In this document: one piece after another, positions 9,566 to 17,706 of the stretch
Position numbering within the stretch: position 1 is the stretch's first letter
Layout of the letters: every line of letters begins with the position of its first letter
Source: Promethearchaeota archaeon
GTDB taxonomy: Archaea; Asgardarchaeota; Lokiarchaeia; Sigyniarchaeales; SOKP01
Direction of reading: 5' to 3'
Length of the DNA stretch: 48,613 nt
NCBI GenBank assembly: GCA_048938895.1
Contig: JBHLLU010000031.1
Span: 1 to 48,613 of the forward strand
Position numbers and translations under genes: made by a program
The notes under the pieces: generated by a model
The model's database searches: none
What the model saw: the letters and a program-made list of their open reading frames with translations, nothing else
Told to the model about the DNA's origin: nothing

Positions 9566-11383
9566 ATGGCAGTGAAACCAAGTATAACAACAGAAAACGA
9601 GTCAGAGACTAAATTTATTAAAGAAGAAATTAAATTTCAATATTTCTGGTATTTATTTACTTTATTTGCTGTTTACTTAGGATCATTAATTATTCCTGCT
9701 CTTTTGTTCATTGCATATTTGATTTTCTTTTTCTTGCCAAATTTCCTCGAGATAAAAAATTTTGTTGTACTTTTTACTGAATTCAAACCTCTCATAGCAT
9801 GGATATTTATGCCATTAGTCCTAATTGGATGCTACATCCTTCGTATTTTCCTTACGGCATTAATCACTCGAGGTTTCTGGAGTTATTGTCAAAGAAAATC
9901 ACCTTCAAAAGAGGGGATAATCCCAAGAAATTTCCCAAGCAGAATCTTGAAATACTACCATATCCGAAGTTTTCTAATTAAGCAAGGAAAGAATACTTTT
10001 ACGAAAGGAATGTTTCCTTGGCTCATTAATTGGTTCTATAATTTTGTTGGGACAAATATTATTAGAAAAGGCACTACCCTTGAAGAATCTCCAAGCAATG
10101 ATAAATTTATTGAAGTAGGAGAGAATTCCTACGTTGGAGTGAATTCCTCTCTGGCAAGTCATGTTGTTGAGGGTATCTTTGGGAATATTTCTTATTTCAA
10201 GGTAAAAGTAGGAAATAATTTTACAGCAGCAGGGATGAATGTCGTCGGTCCTGGTTCGGAAATCAATGATAATGCGTTTTTACTCCCATTGGCTTCAGCA
10301 ACTAAGCATAGTGTTATTAAAGGAGATAACTTTTACTGGGGAATACCATTAAGGAAAATTTTTAGAAAAAAAACGATGGAGTTATTAGATCTTTCCGTAA
10401 AAGATTTGGAAAGGAACAAAAATATTGAAGGTTATAAGGATAATCCTCAATTAATAGCATCAGAATCAAAGAGTACATCTGTAGTGAACTCTAATCCACA
10501 TGAAGATAGTATAAATGATGATAATATTCATACATTAACAAAAGAAGATTTAGCTTTAGATTTCACAACCAGTAGTTCAATTTCAAGAGTTAATATAAAA
10601 TTCTTAGTAGTCTATATTCCCATTTTCTGGCTTTCAGGTATGGTGACGACAATTTTTTTTTACACATTTACAGAATTAGCATTCTCTGTACAATATTGGT
10701 ATATTTATGCATTTTTCTTACCAACTATAATCTTTATTATGTGGTTTATTTTTATTATGACGAGTATTTTTTTCAGCAAACTCTTTCTTTTATTAATTAA
10801 CCTTATACACAGGCCCAGAGAAGGAATTTTTAAAGCAGAAATAGGGGATAAAGATTTTGAGTTTTGGTGTTTGAGAACAGAACTAAAGAAAATTGTATTA
10901 TGGCTTATACGTAATTGGCCTTTACCATGGATGGATATCTTAGCATTCAAGTGGTTTGGGATTAAAATGAGTCTTGACAGTACTATGTGGGATTCTTGGT
11001 GTGATAGTGAGTTTATTAAGTTAGGACGTAATGTCCTGATAGGTCAGGGTGCAACTGTTATGTCATCATTGGTAATAGGGAAATATTTGTTGATTAAAGA
11101 GGTTATTCTTGGAGATTATACGGTTATCGGTGGAGAAGCTACTATTTCACCGGGAACTATAATAGGTAATGATTCAGTAGTTGGTGCCTTAAGTACAACT
11201 ACTTACAATCAAATTCTTGAACCTGGATGGATCTATTTTGGAATTCCTGTGATTAAACTAAAAGAAAACAAATATGCTGAGTTAAAAAGGGAGGTACTTA
11301 TGAAAAAAGATGTAGATGAAGAGAAAAAGTTTGAAGTTGAGCACGAGGTAAATATAGATGAAGATAAAAAAGGGTTTATTTAA
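9566..11383 (+). CDS. Membrane-bound LbH acyltransferase-like protein, A+B module fusion
   Basis: The N-half matches 1120-2049 (PSKEGIIPRN, ASHVVEGIFGNI) and the C-half matches 2042-2914 (DFTTSSSIS, GDKDFEFW); a polar linker joins them. Confidence 0.82.
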   Translation: MAVKPSITTENESETKFIKEEIKFQYFWYLFTLFAVYLGSLIIPALLFIAYLIFFFLPNFLEIKNFVVLFTEFKPLIAWIFMPLVLIGCYILRIFLTALITRGFWSYCQRKSPSKEGIIPRNFPSRILKYYHIRSFLIKQGKNTFTKGMFPWLINWFYNFVGTNIIRKGTTLEESPSNDKFIEVGENSYVGVNSSLASHVVEGIFGNISYFKVKVGNNFTAAGMNVVGPGSEINDNAFLLPLASATKHSVIKGDNFYWGIPLRKIFRKKTMELLDLSVKDLERNKNIEGYKDNPQLIASESKSTSVVNSNPHEDSINDDNIHTLTKEDLALDFTTSSSISRVNIKFLVVYIPIFWLSGMVTTIFFYTFTELAFSVQYWYIYAFFLPTIIFIMWFIFIMTSIFFSKLFLLLINLIHRPREGIFKAEIGDKDFEFWCLRTELKKIVLWLIRNWPLPWMDILAFKWFGIKMSLDSTMWDSWCDSEFIKLGRNVLIGQGATVMSSLVIGKYLLIKEVILGDYTVIGGEATISPGTIIGNDSVVGALSTTTYNQILEPGWIYFGIPVIKLKENKYAELKREVLMKKDVDEEKKFEVEHEVNIDEDKKGFI

Positions 11384-11396
11384 TCTTAATAGAAAG

Positions 11397-11801
11397 CTAC
11401 TCTATTGTTTTTATTGATAATTCTTCCTTTAAATATCGTTTAATCTCTCTACAAGTCTTCTTAAACATATCCTTATTTTCATAAAATAGACTTTTCCTAG
11501 GACAATCATCATCAAGCTTGCATTTCTTAATATCTAAGTCAAATATTAAAGGATAAAACGCACATCCACGAGGCCGATAATCATAAATCATACACTCTTT
11601 TCGAGAGGGTTCAAAGAATATGCAATGTTCTTTATAATTCTTTAATTGATATAGGTTAGCGTTATTTAGAAATATAAAATCATTTTCTCTAAGATTAGCA
11701 TGATAATTGGTGATGATTATATCAATATCCTTTCGAGAAAGAATCATTTCTGTATCTAAACAGCAATTCCCACAGTCTTTACACTTATTTTTCATATACA
11801 T
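11397..11801 (-). CDS. YkgJ family (CxxCxxCC) Fe-S/Zn cluster protein
   Basis: CKDCGNCC, CIFF, C.IYDYRP.GC.FYP and C.LDDDCP. Confidence 0.85.
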   Translation of the reverse strand: MYMKNKCKDCGNCCLDTEMILSRKDIDIIITNYHANLRENDFIFLNNANLYQLKNYKEHCIFFEPSRKECMIYDYRPRGCAFYPLIFDLDIKKCKLDDDCPRKSLFYENKDMFKKTCREIKRYLKEELSIKTIE

Positions 11802-11923
11802 CCTACAATTTTTCTTCGATTCAAAAATTTAAAAGGAAACGAAATATCTATTAAAGTATTATAAGTATCAATTGCTTTTTAATTGAATAAAACTTATAGT
11901 AAATTTATTAGAACTATGATATA

Positions 11924-13789
11924 TTGGTAAATATGAGTGAAGAATCTGAAGATGGCGAGCCAGCCAATCAGAAAGATGTCATAAAGGAAGATGTAAATCT
12001 TCAGTTTCACTTGTATATATTAGTTTTTCTTTGTATTTATTATTCCTCATGGGTAGTTCCAGGCATTTGTTTTTTTGTATACTTTTTGAGATTTTTTTTT
12101 CCATTTGTATTAGAAACTGCTAATTTTATATATCTTTTCACACAACCAGGACCATTGTTAAATTTCCTTTTAATGCCTTTAGTCTTAATAGGGTGTTATC
12201 TACTTCATTTATTCATGATTGGTTTAGTTTCTCGAATTTTGTGGAATTTTACTGAAAAAATGTCTCCTTCAAAATCTGGAGTAATCCCGCGAAATGTTCG
12301 TAGTAGGACGGCAAACTACTATCACCTCCGAGGGTTTATGATCAAATACGGAAAGAATTCCTTTACAAAAGGTGCGCTTTCGTGGTTAAGTAATTGGTTT
12401 TTTAATTTCGTAGGAACTTGTAAAATTGGAAAGGGTACAACTTTAGAAGAATCTTTGGTTAATGATAAATTTCTTAATATCGGATCAAATTGTTATATTG
12501 GGGTCAATTCTGCTTTAACTAGTCATTTAGTCCAAGGTGTTTTTGGTAATATTACCTATTTTGAAATTAATATTGGTGATAATGTAACTGGTTCAGCTAG
12601 GGCTGGTATTGGCCCAGGGGGGGAGGTTGGTGACAATTCTTATTTTTTACCATTAGCCTCAACAAGTAAACATAGTGTTATCAAAGGTGACAATTATTAT
12701 TGGGGACTCCCAATGAGAAAGATATTTAGAAAGAAAATTATAGAATACTTGGAGCTAACACCAAAGGAGCTTGAAATAAATGAAAATATCGAGGGGTATA
12801 AGGATAAGCAGCTATTGAAGAAGTTAAAAGCAGAAAATGTCTTAACTACAACTTTTGAACAACCAGAAGAGGAGGAATCTAAAATAGAGCAAGAAGAAGA
12901 AAAATTATCTATTGAAGAACTAACAGAGCAAGATTTAGCTCTTGATTTTACTACAAGTTCAGCGATCAGTAGAGTAAACGTAAAATTTTTAGCAGTCTAT
13001 ATTCCAATTTTCTGGTTAGCAGGATTAATTGTTTCGATATTTTGGTATTCGTATTTAATTGATTTACCAGATAATTTGCTTCTGATTATAATATTCCTTC
13101 CTTTTGCTATACTTGGCTCTATTTACTTCTTTATTCTATCGTGTATTCTTTTCAGTAAATTATTTTTAATTTTGGTAAACTTAATACATAAACCAAAAGA
13201 AGGGATATTTAAAGCAGAGATTGGAGATAAGGATTTTGAATTCTGGATGTTGAGAACGGAAATAAAAAAAATTGCTTTATGGTTTATGCGTAATTCTCCC
13301 CTGCCATGGACTGATGTTGTTGCGTTGAAATTATTTGGAATTGATATGGATTCTTCTAGCCATCTGTATGATGCGTGGTGTGACGCGGAATTCATTAAAT
13401 TCGGTAGGAAAACTTTAATCGGTCAAGGAGCTAATGTAATGTCTTCAATGGTAGTCGGGAAATATTTAATTATTCAAAAGATCATTTTCGATGATTACAT
13501 CATGGTTGGCGGTTGGGCGACAATTGCTCCAGGAACAATAATAGGAAAAGAATCGGTTGTTGGAGCACTTACTTCGACGACGGTGAACCAAATTTTGGAT
13601 CCAGGATGGGTTTATTTTGGGTTTCCGGCAATTAAAATGAAAGAGAATAAGTATGCAGAGGAAAGAAGAGAAGTTATCTTAAAACGTGATGTAGATGACG
13701 CGAAAAAATATGAAATGGAACATAAATTAAATATTGAAAAAGAAAAGAAGGAATTAATTAATCAGGAAAAAGAGGAGGAAAAAACATGA
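11924..13789 (+). CDS. Membrane-bound LbH acyltransferase-like protein, second A+B fusion
   Basis: Collinear paralog of 9566-11383 (TSHLVQGVFGNI, DFTTSSAISRVN). Overlaps the next gene by ATGA. Confidence 0.82.
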   Translation: MVNMSEESEDGEPANQKDVIKEDVNLQFHLYILVFLCIYYSSWVVPGICFFVYFLRFFFPFVLETANFIYLFTQPGPLLNFLLMPLVLIGCYLLHLFMIGLVSRILWNFTEKMSPSKSGVIPRNVRSRTANYYHLRGFMIKYGKNSFTKGALSWLSNWFFNFVGTCKIGKGTTLEESLVNDKFLNIGSNCYIGVNSALTSHLVQGVFGNITYFEINIGDNVTGSARAGIGPGGEVGDNSYFLPLASTSKHSVIKGDNYYWGLPMRKIFRKKIIEYLELTPKELEINENIEGYKDKQLLKKLKAENVLTTTFEQPEEEESKIEQEEEKLSIEELTEQDLALDFTTSSAISRVNVKFLAVYIPIFWLAGLIVSIFWYSYLIDLPDNLLLIIIFLPFAILGSIYFFILSCILFSKLFLILVNLIHKPKEGIFKAEIGDKDFEFWMLRTEIKKIALWFMRNSPLPWTDVVALKLFGIDMDSSSHLYDAWCDAEFIKFGRKTLIGQGANVMSSMVVGKYLIIQKIIFDDYIMVGGWATIAPGTIIGKESVVGALTSTTVNQILDPGWVYFGFPAIKMKENKYAEERREVILKRDVDDAKKYEMEHKLNIEKEKKELINQEKEEEKT

Positions 13790-14730
13790 GCATTCCTAAT
13801 ACAATGAGAGTTGGGCCCTTTACCCCAACTGTTTTAGCAAAGAAATGGTATTTAATATTTTATTTTCTACTTATTTGGGCAAGTATAATTCCACTCCTAT
13901 TGGAACTATGGATATATTGGCAATTGTTATGGAGTAATACCAGGCCAGTTCATTTTTATACGTATTTACCGCTTTTAGGTTTTCTAATGTACGTAACAAT
14001 CGTATTTGCCGCAATATTTTTCGCTAAAATTTTACTGATTATAATTAATGCAATTCATAAGCCTAGAGAGGGTGTATTTTTAAGAATTCCTGCCGACAAG
14101 GACTTTTGTTATTGGAGTCTTCGTAATACTATAAAGAGATGGCCAGTTTGGCTTGCACATAGATTTCCCTTTCCTGGAATATTAGATAATATTTGCTTTA
14201 AAGCTTTTGGTGTGAAAACCAAAATTTCGAATTCCTTATTCGAAGGATGGGTTGATACTGAAATGATTGATTTTGGAAAGAATGTAGTAGTTGGACAAGG
14301 AGCTATAATACAGTCTGCTTGTATTGTTGGAAACCTTCTAATAATTAGAAAAACAGTTATTGAAGATGGAGTTAGAATTGGCTCACATTCAATAGTTATG
14401 CCTGGTACTAAAATAGGGTACAATTGTATATTAGCTGCGAATTCCGTGACGACCGTTGGGCAAGTATTAGAAAAAGAGTGGATTTATATCGGCATTCCTG
14501 CAAAAAAATTCAAAAGAAATTATTTCTTTGAAGATGAACTTGAAGATAAATTAGGTCAAGTGGAGGATGTAGAAGCCTTAAGGGAAAAATATGAGGAAAT
14601 TTATGTTAAGAGATATGATGAACTCACATATAAGGAAAAGAAGGAATTAAAAAAAGAAAAGAAAGAAGAAGAGAAGAAACGGTTTGAGCTTGAAGAGCTT
14701 GATGATTTTGATGATGGATTCAATATCTAA
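13786..14730 (+). CDS. Membrane-bound LbH acyltransferase-like protein, second module type C
   Basis: Paralog of 2920-3768 (MSIP...VGP, HKPREGVF, SNSLFEG.VDTE, WIYIGIPAKK) with a long charged tail. Confidence 0.8.
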   Translation: MSIPNTMRVGPFTPTVLAKKWYLIFYFLLIWASIIPLLLELWIYWQLLWSNTRPVHFYTYLPLLGFLMYVTIVFAAIFFAKILLIIINAIHKPREGVFLRIPADKDFCYWSLRNTIKRWPVWLAHRFPFPGILDNICFKAFGVKTKISNSLFEGWVDTEMIDFGKNVVVGQGAIIQSACIVGNLLIIRKTVIEDGVRIGSHSIVMPGTKIGYNCILAANSVTTVGQVLEKEWIYIGIPAKKFKRNYFFEDELEDKLGQVEDVEALREKYEEIYVKRYDELTYKEKKELKKEKKEEEKKRFELEELDDFDDGFNI

Positions 14731-14758
14731 TTGTATTTAATATTCAAGAAAAAGTCTA

Positions 14759-16588
14759 TTAAAAGTTAAATTTCTGCTTTTGGATACTATTATAGATTTC
14801 TCTTGTCAACAGTTTATATTCCGAGTTTTCTGGGAGTTTGATATACAAGGGATCTTCAATAATATTAATGTCAAAACCTTCCTTTTTGAGATTTAATTTT
14901 TTAAATTTAAAGCTGTGAGTAGTTACAAGCTCTGATTTGAGTCTTAGAAAAATGGGAATCGCATAAGGTGCTAAATTTTTTTTTAATATCTCCATCAATT
15001 TTTGAAAATTGAGATTATCGATGTTTGATTCAGGTACAATTGCGGCCATTCCTGCCCTTCCATCTGTATGTGGAATTTTTACTCCATATACCGAAGACAT
15101 TGAAATTTGATCAAACACATTAAGTATTTCTTCAACTTCTGTGGTCGATACATTGTGTCCTTTCCATCGGAAGGTATCTCCTAATCGATCAACAAATTGA
15201 GCATGATTACAACCTTGATCTCGAACTAAATCTCCTGTATTAAACCATTCATCTCCTTTTCTAAAAACATTCCTGAAAATTTTTGCTTCTGTTGCTGCTT
15301 CATCTGTATATCCTGCGAACTTATTAATACCTGAATTATCACCAAGGAGTAGTCCAACTTCACCTCTTTTAACCCTTTTCATGAAACCTTTTTCATTTCT
15401 TACTGGTTTTTCTTCTTCTGCATCATATTCGACAATTGCATACGTTCCCGCTCCACGTCCTACAGTACAATCAAAATTTAATAAATTCATAAATCCAACA
15501 TTACCTTCAGATGAACCATAGAATTCCCCAACCAGAGGTATATCAAACCGTTCTTTAAATTCCTTCCAAATTTCTGGTCGAAGACCATTACCTATTACAA
15601 CTCTTATTGAATTATCTTTATCATTTGGTTTAGGGGGTTCATTCACTAAATAACGACAAATTTCTCCGACATAGTTGAATGCGGTTGCATTATATTTACG
15701 ACAGTCGTCCCAGAACTGACTGACACTAAATTTACGTGCTAAGGCTAAAGTACCACCACTTAATAAAATAGAAGACCATCCTGTCATAAGAGCTGTTCCA
15801 TGAAAGAACGGTAAGGGAATATACATTGTATCTTCTGGAGTAAAGTCAGCAAATAAATTTGCAAACATATAGCCAGGAATAATCACCCTTCGATGAGTAA
15901 GGCGTGCCGCTTTAGGCAAGCCTGTGGTCCCAGAAGTAAATAAATATGCCAATACATCTGTATTTAAAATTTCGGTAGTAATGGACGGATTTTCTTTTGG
16001 AAAATCTTTGACAACTGAAGGAAGGTCAATAAATCCTTCAGGAATATCCATATCACCATAATCTGGTATAAAACAGAATTTTACAGAATCAACTAAATTT
16101 AGCTCAGAACTAACTTTTTTAAAAGCATCATAACATTCCTCTCCAATAATGATGATTTTACCTGGGGTTAGATTAAGACAATGAATTAAAGGTTTCTGAC
16201 GTAAGTCAGTATTTATTAAAGAAGAAATTACTCCAATTTTGGCATTAGCTGTATATACAAGTAAAAATTCAAGACGATTTTTAATCAGAACTTCTGCTAC
16301 ATCACCTTTTTTTAACCCTAATGATATGAAATAATTGGCATACTGGTTGACTAATTCATTAAATTGCTTATATGTAAGGGTAGTGTCTTCAAATTTTACT
16401 GCAAAATTGTTCGAAAATTGGTTGGCATTTTCTTCAACGAAAAAACCCCATGATCTATTTTCTGCAGGAGGATTTTGAGCAAGTTCTTGAATACGTGGGC
16501 CATACTTTAACATCCTTTCTTGGAATCTTCGACTAAATTCTTTAATATCAATAAGATTTGATTCTTTTTGTTTGGAAGTTTCTAACAT
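14759..16588 (-). CDS. Long-chain acyl-CoA synthetase, FATP/VLACS type
   Basis: YLFTSGTTGLPKAA, EFYGSSEGN, WFNTGDL and FVDRLGDTFRWKGHNVSTTEVE. Confidence 0.95.
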   Translation of the reverse strand: MLETSKQKESNLIDIKEFSRRFQERMLKYGPRIQELAQNPPAENRSWGFFVEENANQFSNNFAVKFEDTTLTYKQFNELVNQYANYFISLGLKKGDVAEVLIKNRLEFLLVYTANAKIGVISSLINTDLRQKPLIHCLNLTPGKIIIIGEECYDAFKKVSSELNLVDSVKFCFIPDYGDMDIPEGFIDLPSVVKDFPKENPSITTEILNTDVLAYLFTSGTTGLPKAARLTHRRVIIPGYMFANLFADFTPEDTMYIPLPFFHGTALMTGWSSILLSGGTLALARKFSVSQFWDDCRKYNATAFNYVGEICRYLVNEPPKPNDKDNSIRVVIGNGLRPEIWKEFKERFDIPLVGEFYGSSEGNVGFMNLLNFDCTVGRGAGTYAIVEYDAEEEKPVRNEKGFMKRVKRGEVGLLLGDNSGINKFAGYTDEAATEAKIFRNVFRKGDEWFNTGDLVRDQGCNHAQFVDRLGDTFRWKGHNVSTTEVEEILNVFDQISMSSVYGVKIPHTDGRAGMAAIVPESNIDNLNFQKLMEILKKNLAPYAIPIFLRLKSELVTTHSFKFKKLNLKKEGFDINIIEDPLYIKLPENSEYKLLTREIYNSIQKQKFNF

Positions 16589-16689
16589 AATAATCCCTTT
16601 AGTTTAAAAAATCCTCAACAAAACTAATAGACATATTAAATTTTTCCAAGTTATAAATGTTACATTTTATTTTTGTAAAAGAAAAAAAA

Positions 16690-17263
16690 TAAATTAGAAA
16701 GGAAGAATTCTTGTTGTGCTTCATGGGAATATCGAATCGAACTATTGAGGGATTTAGTATTAGAAAATAATTTAATATTAGAAATTTTAATAATAGAAAG
16801 AACAGTCTAATAAAAGAAAATATAAAAAATAGAAAATAAAAAATTATCTTATAAAACTTTGAAATAAAGGATTGTATCCGACAACAACCTTGTTAACTCT
16901 TTTTTCTTTTTTATTCATTTTTTTAACCTTTTATTTTAGTTTTAGTTAATATTAAATTAGATACTATCCTATATTTAGTTTTATCACATGGATTACATGC
17001 GAAGTTCGAATCTTAATTGAAGTATTAGAATTAGAAAAAAATGAGGAAACTTAGTTTAGATGTGGTGTCCAATCATCTAAACTAGTTCCTCTGTTTTTAT
17101 TAAATTTTTTTAACCCTCTTTTTTATTTTCTCTCCAATTTAGTGAATTCATATGGGTTCAAAAGCTTAAAAGATTATTAATTGAAGGGGAGAATTTGACT
17201 TCTCCCTCTTCTGGTTTTGGCTTGTCGGATGATTTGAATTAACGTGAGATTATTGAGGAAACC
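16690..17263 (-). ncRNA. Candidate large structured non-coding RNA or structured 3' UTR
   Basis: ORF-free region with three inverted-repeat arms (17183-17211; ~17015-17139 with an 11-bp core; ~16737-17009 with a 13-bp core) and a 9-nt complementarity between 16876-16884 and 17222-17230. Boundaries and strand are inferred. Confidence 0.5.
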
Positions 17264-17518
17264 TTAGAACAATCCTGTATTTCTGAAGTTAATGTTCCTC
17301 TTAACATCTGCTACAGGTATTCTTTCTTCTAAATACTTAGCATTGTATTTTCCTTTTTTCATTAGTTTTAACAATGCTTTTTTGATTGGTTTCTCCTCTG
17401 CTTTAATCCTCACAACTTCATATTCTTCATCTTTAGCAGGGAGTTTTTCCAATACTATTAATTCTGCAATCTTAATCGGTTCCTCCAGATCTCTTTTCTT
17501 GATGTATACCTGTACCAT
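17264..17518 (-). CDS. Small charged hypothetical protein (84 aa; the ORF track starts at GTG 17530)
   Basis: Strong SD GGAGGTG (17534-17528) lies 9 nt before ATG 17518. Lys/Glu-rich; no family recognised. Confidence 0.75.
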   Translation of the reverse strand: MVQVYIKKRDLEEPIKIAELIVLEKLPAKDEEYEVVRIKAEEKPIKKALLKLMKKGKYNAKYLEERIPVADVKRNINFRNTGLF

Positions 17519-17706
17519 TGGTTTCACCACCTCCCTATTTTTTTTTTTTGATAATCAATAAAAAATATAGATAATTACCATAATATAGTTTTTATAACCA
17601 AAGTTTCATCATAGTTACGTACTATTATGGGAGTATAGTAAAACAAATATAAAAAGCACAAAATCTTATCTTAAATTAGAGAGAATATAGTGCGAAATTA
17701 CTGAAT

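Noticed and set aside
17041-17263. GAGGAAAC words resembling the RNase P P4 5' strand
   Set aside because: The following GUCC/CUCC and the 3' partner (AACAGAA...GGCUUA-like) are not seen, and one copy is buried in a local hairpin.
16690-17263. Replication origin (ORB boxes plus AT-rich unwinding element) as the explanation of the gap
   Set aside because: Only partial ORB-like words (cagaggaac) are present, with no G-string and no cdc6/orc1 gene in the window; the nested stems and loop pairing fit RNA better. Not fully excluded.
16690-17263. CRISPR array or MITE/IS remnant
   Set aside because: No regularly spaced direct repeats, no clear terminal inverted repeats with target-site duplication, and no cas or transposase genes.
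14759-17530. Acyl-CoA synthetase plus the 84-aa protein as a split NRPS A-T unit
   Set aside because: The enzyme has FATP-specific motifs, and the small protein has no Ser at all, so it cannot carry phosphopantetheine.
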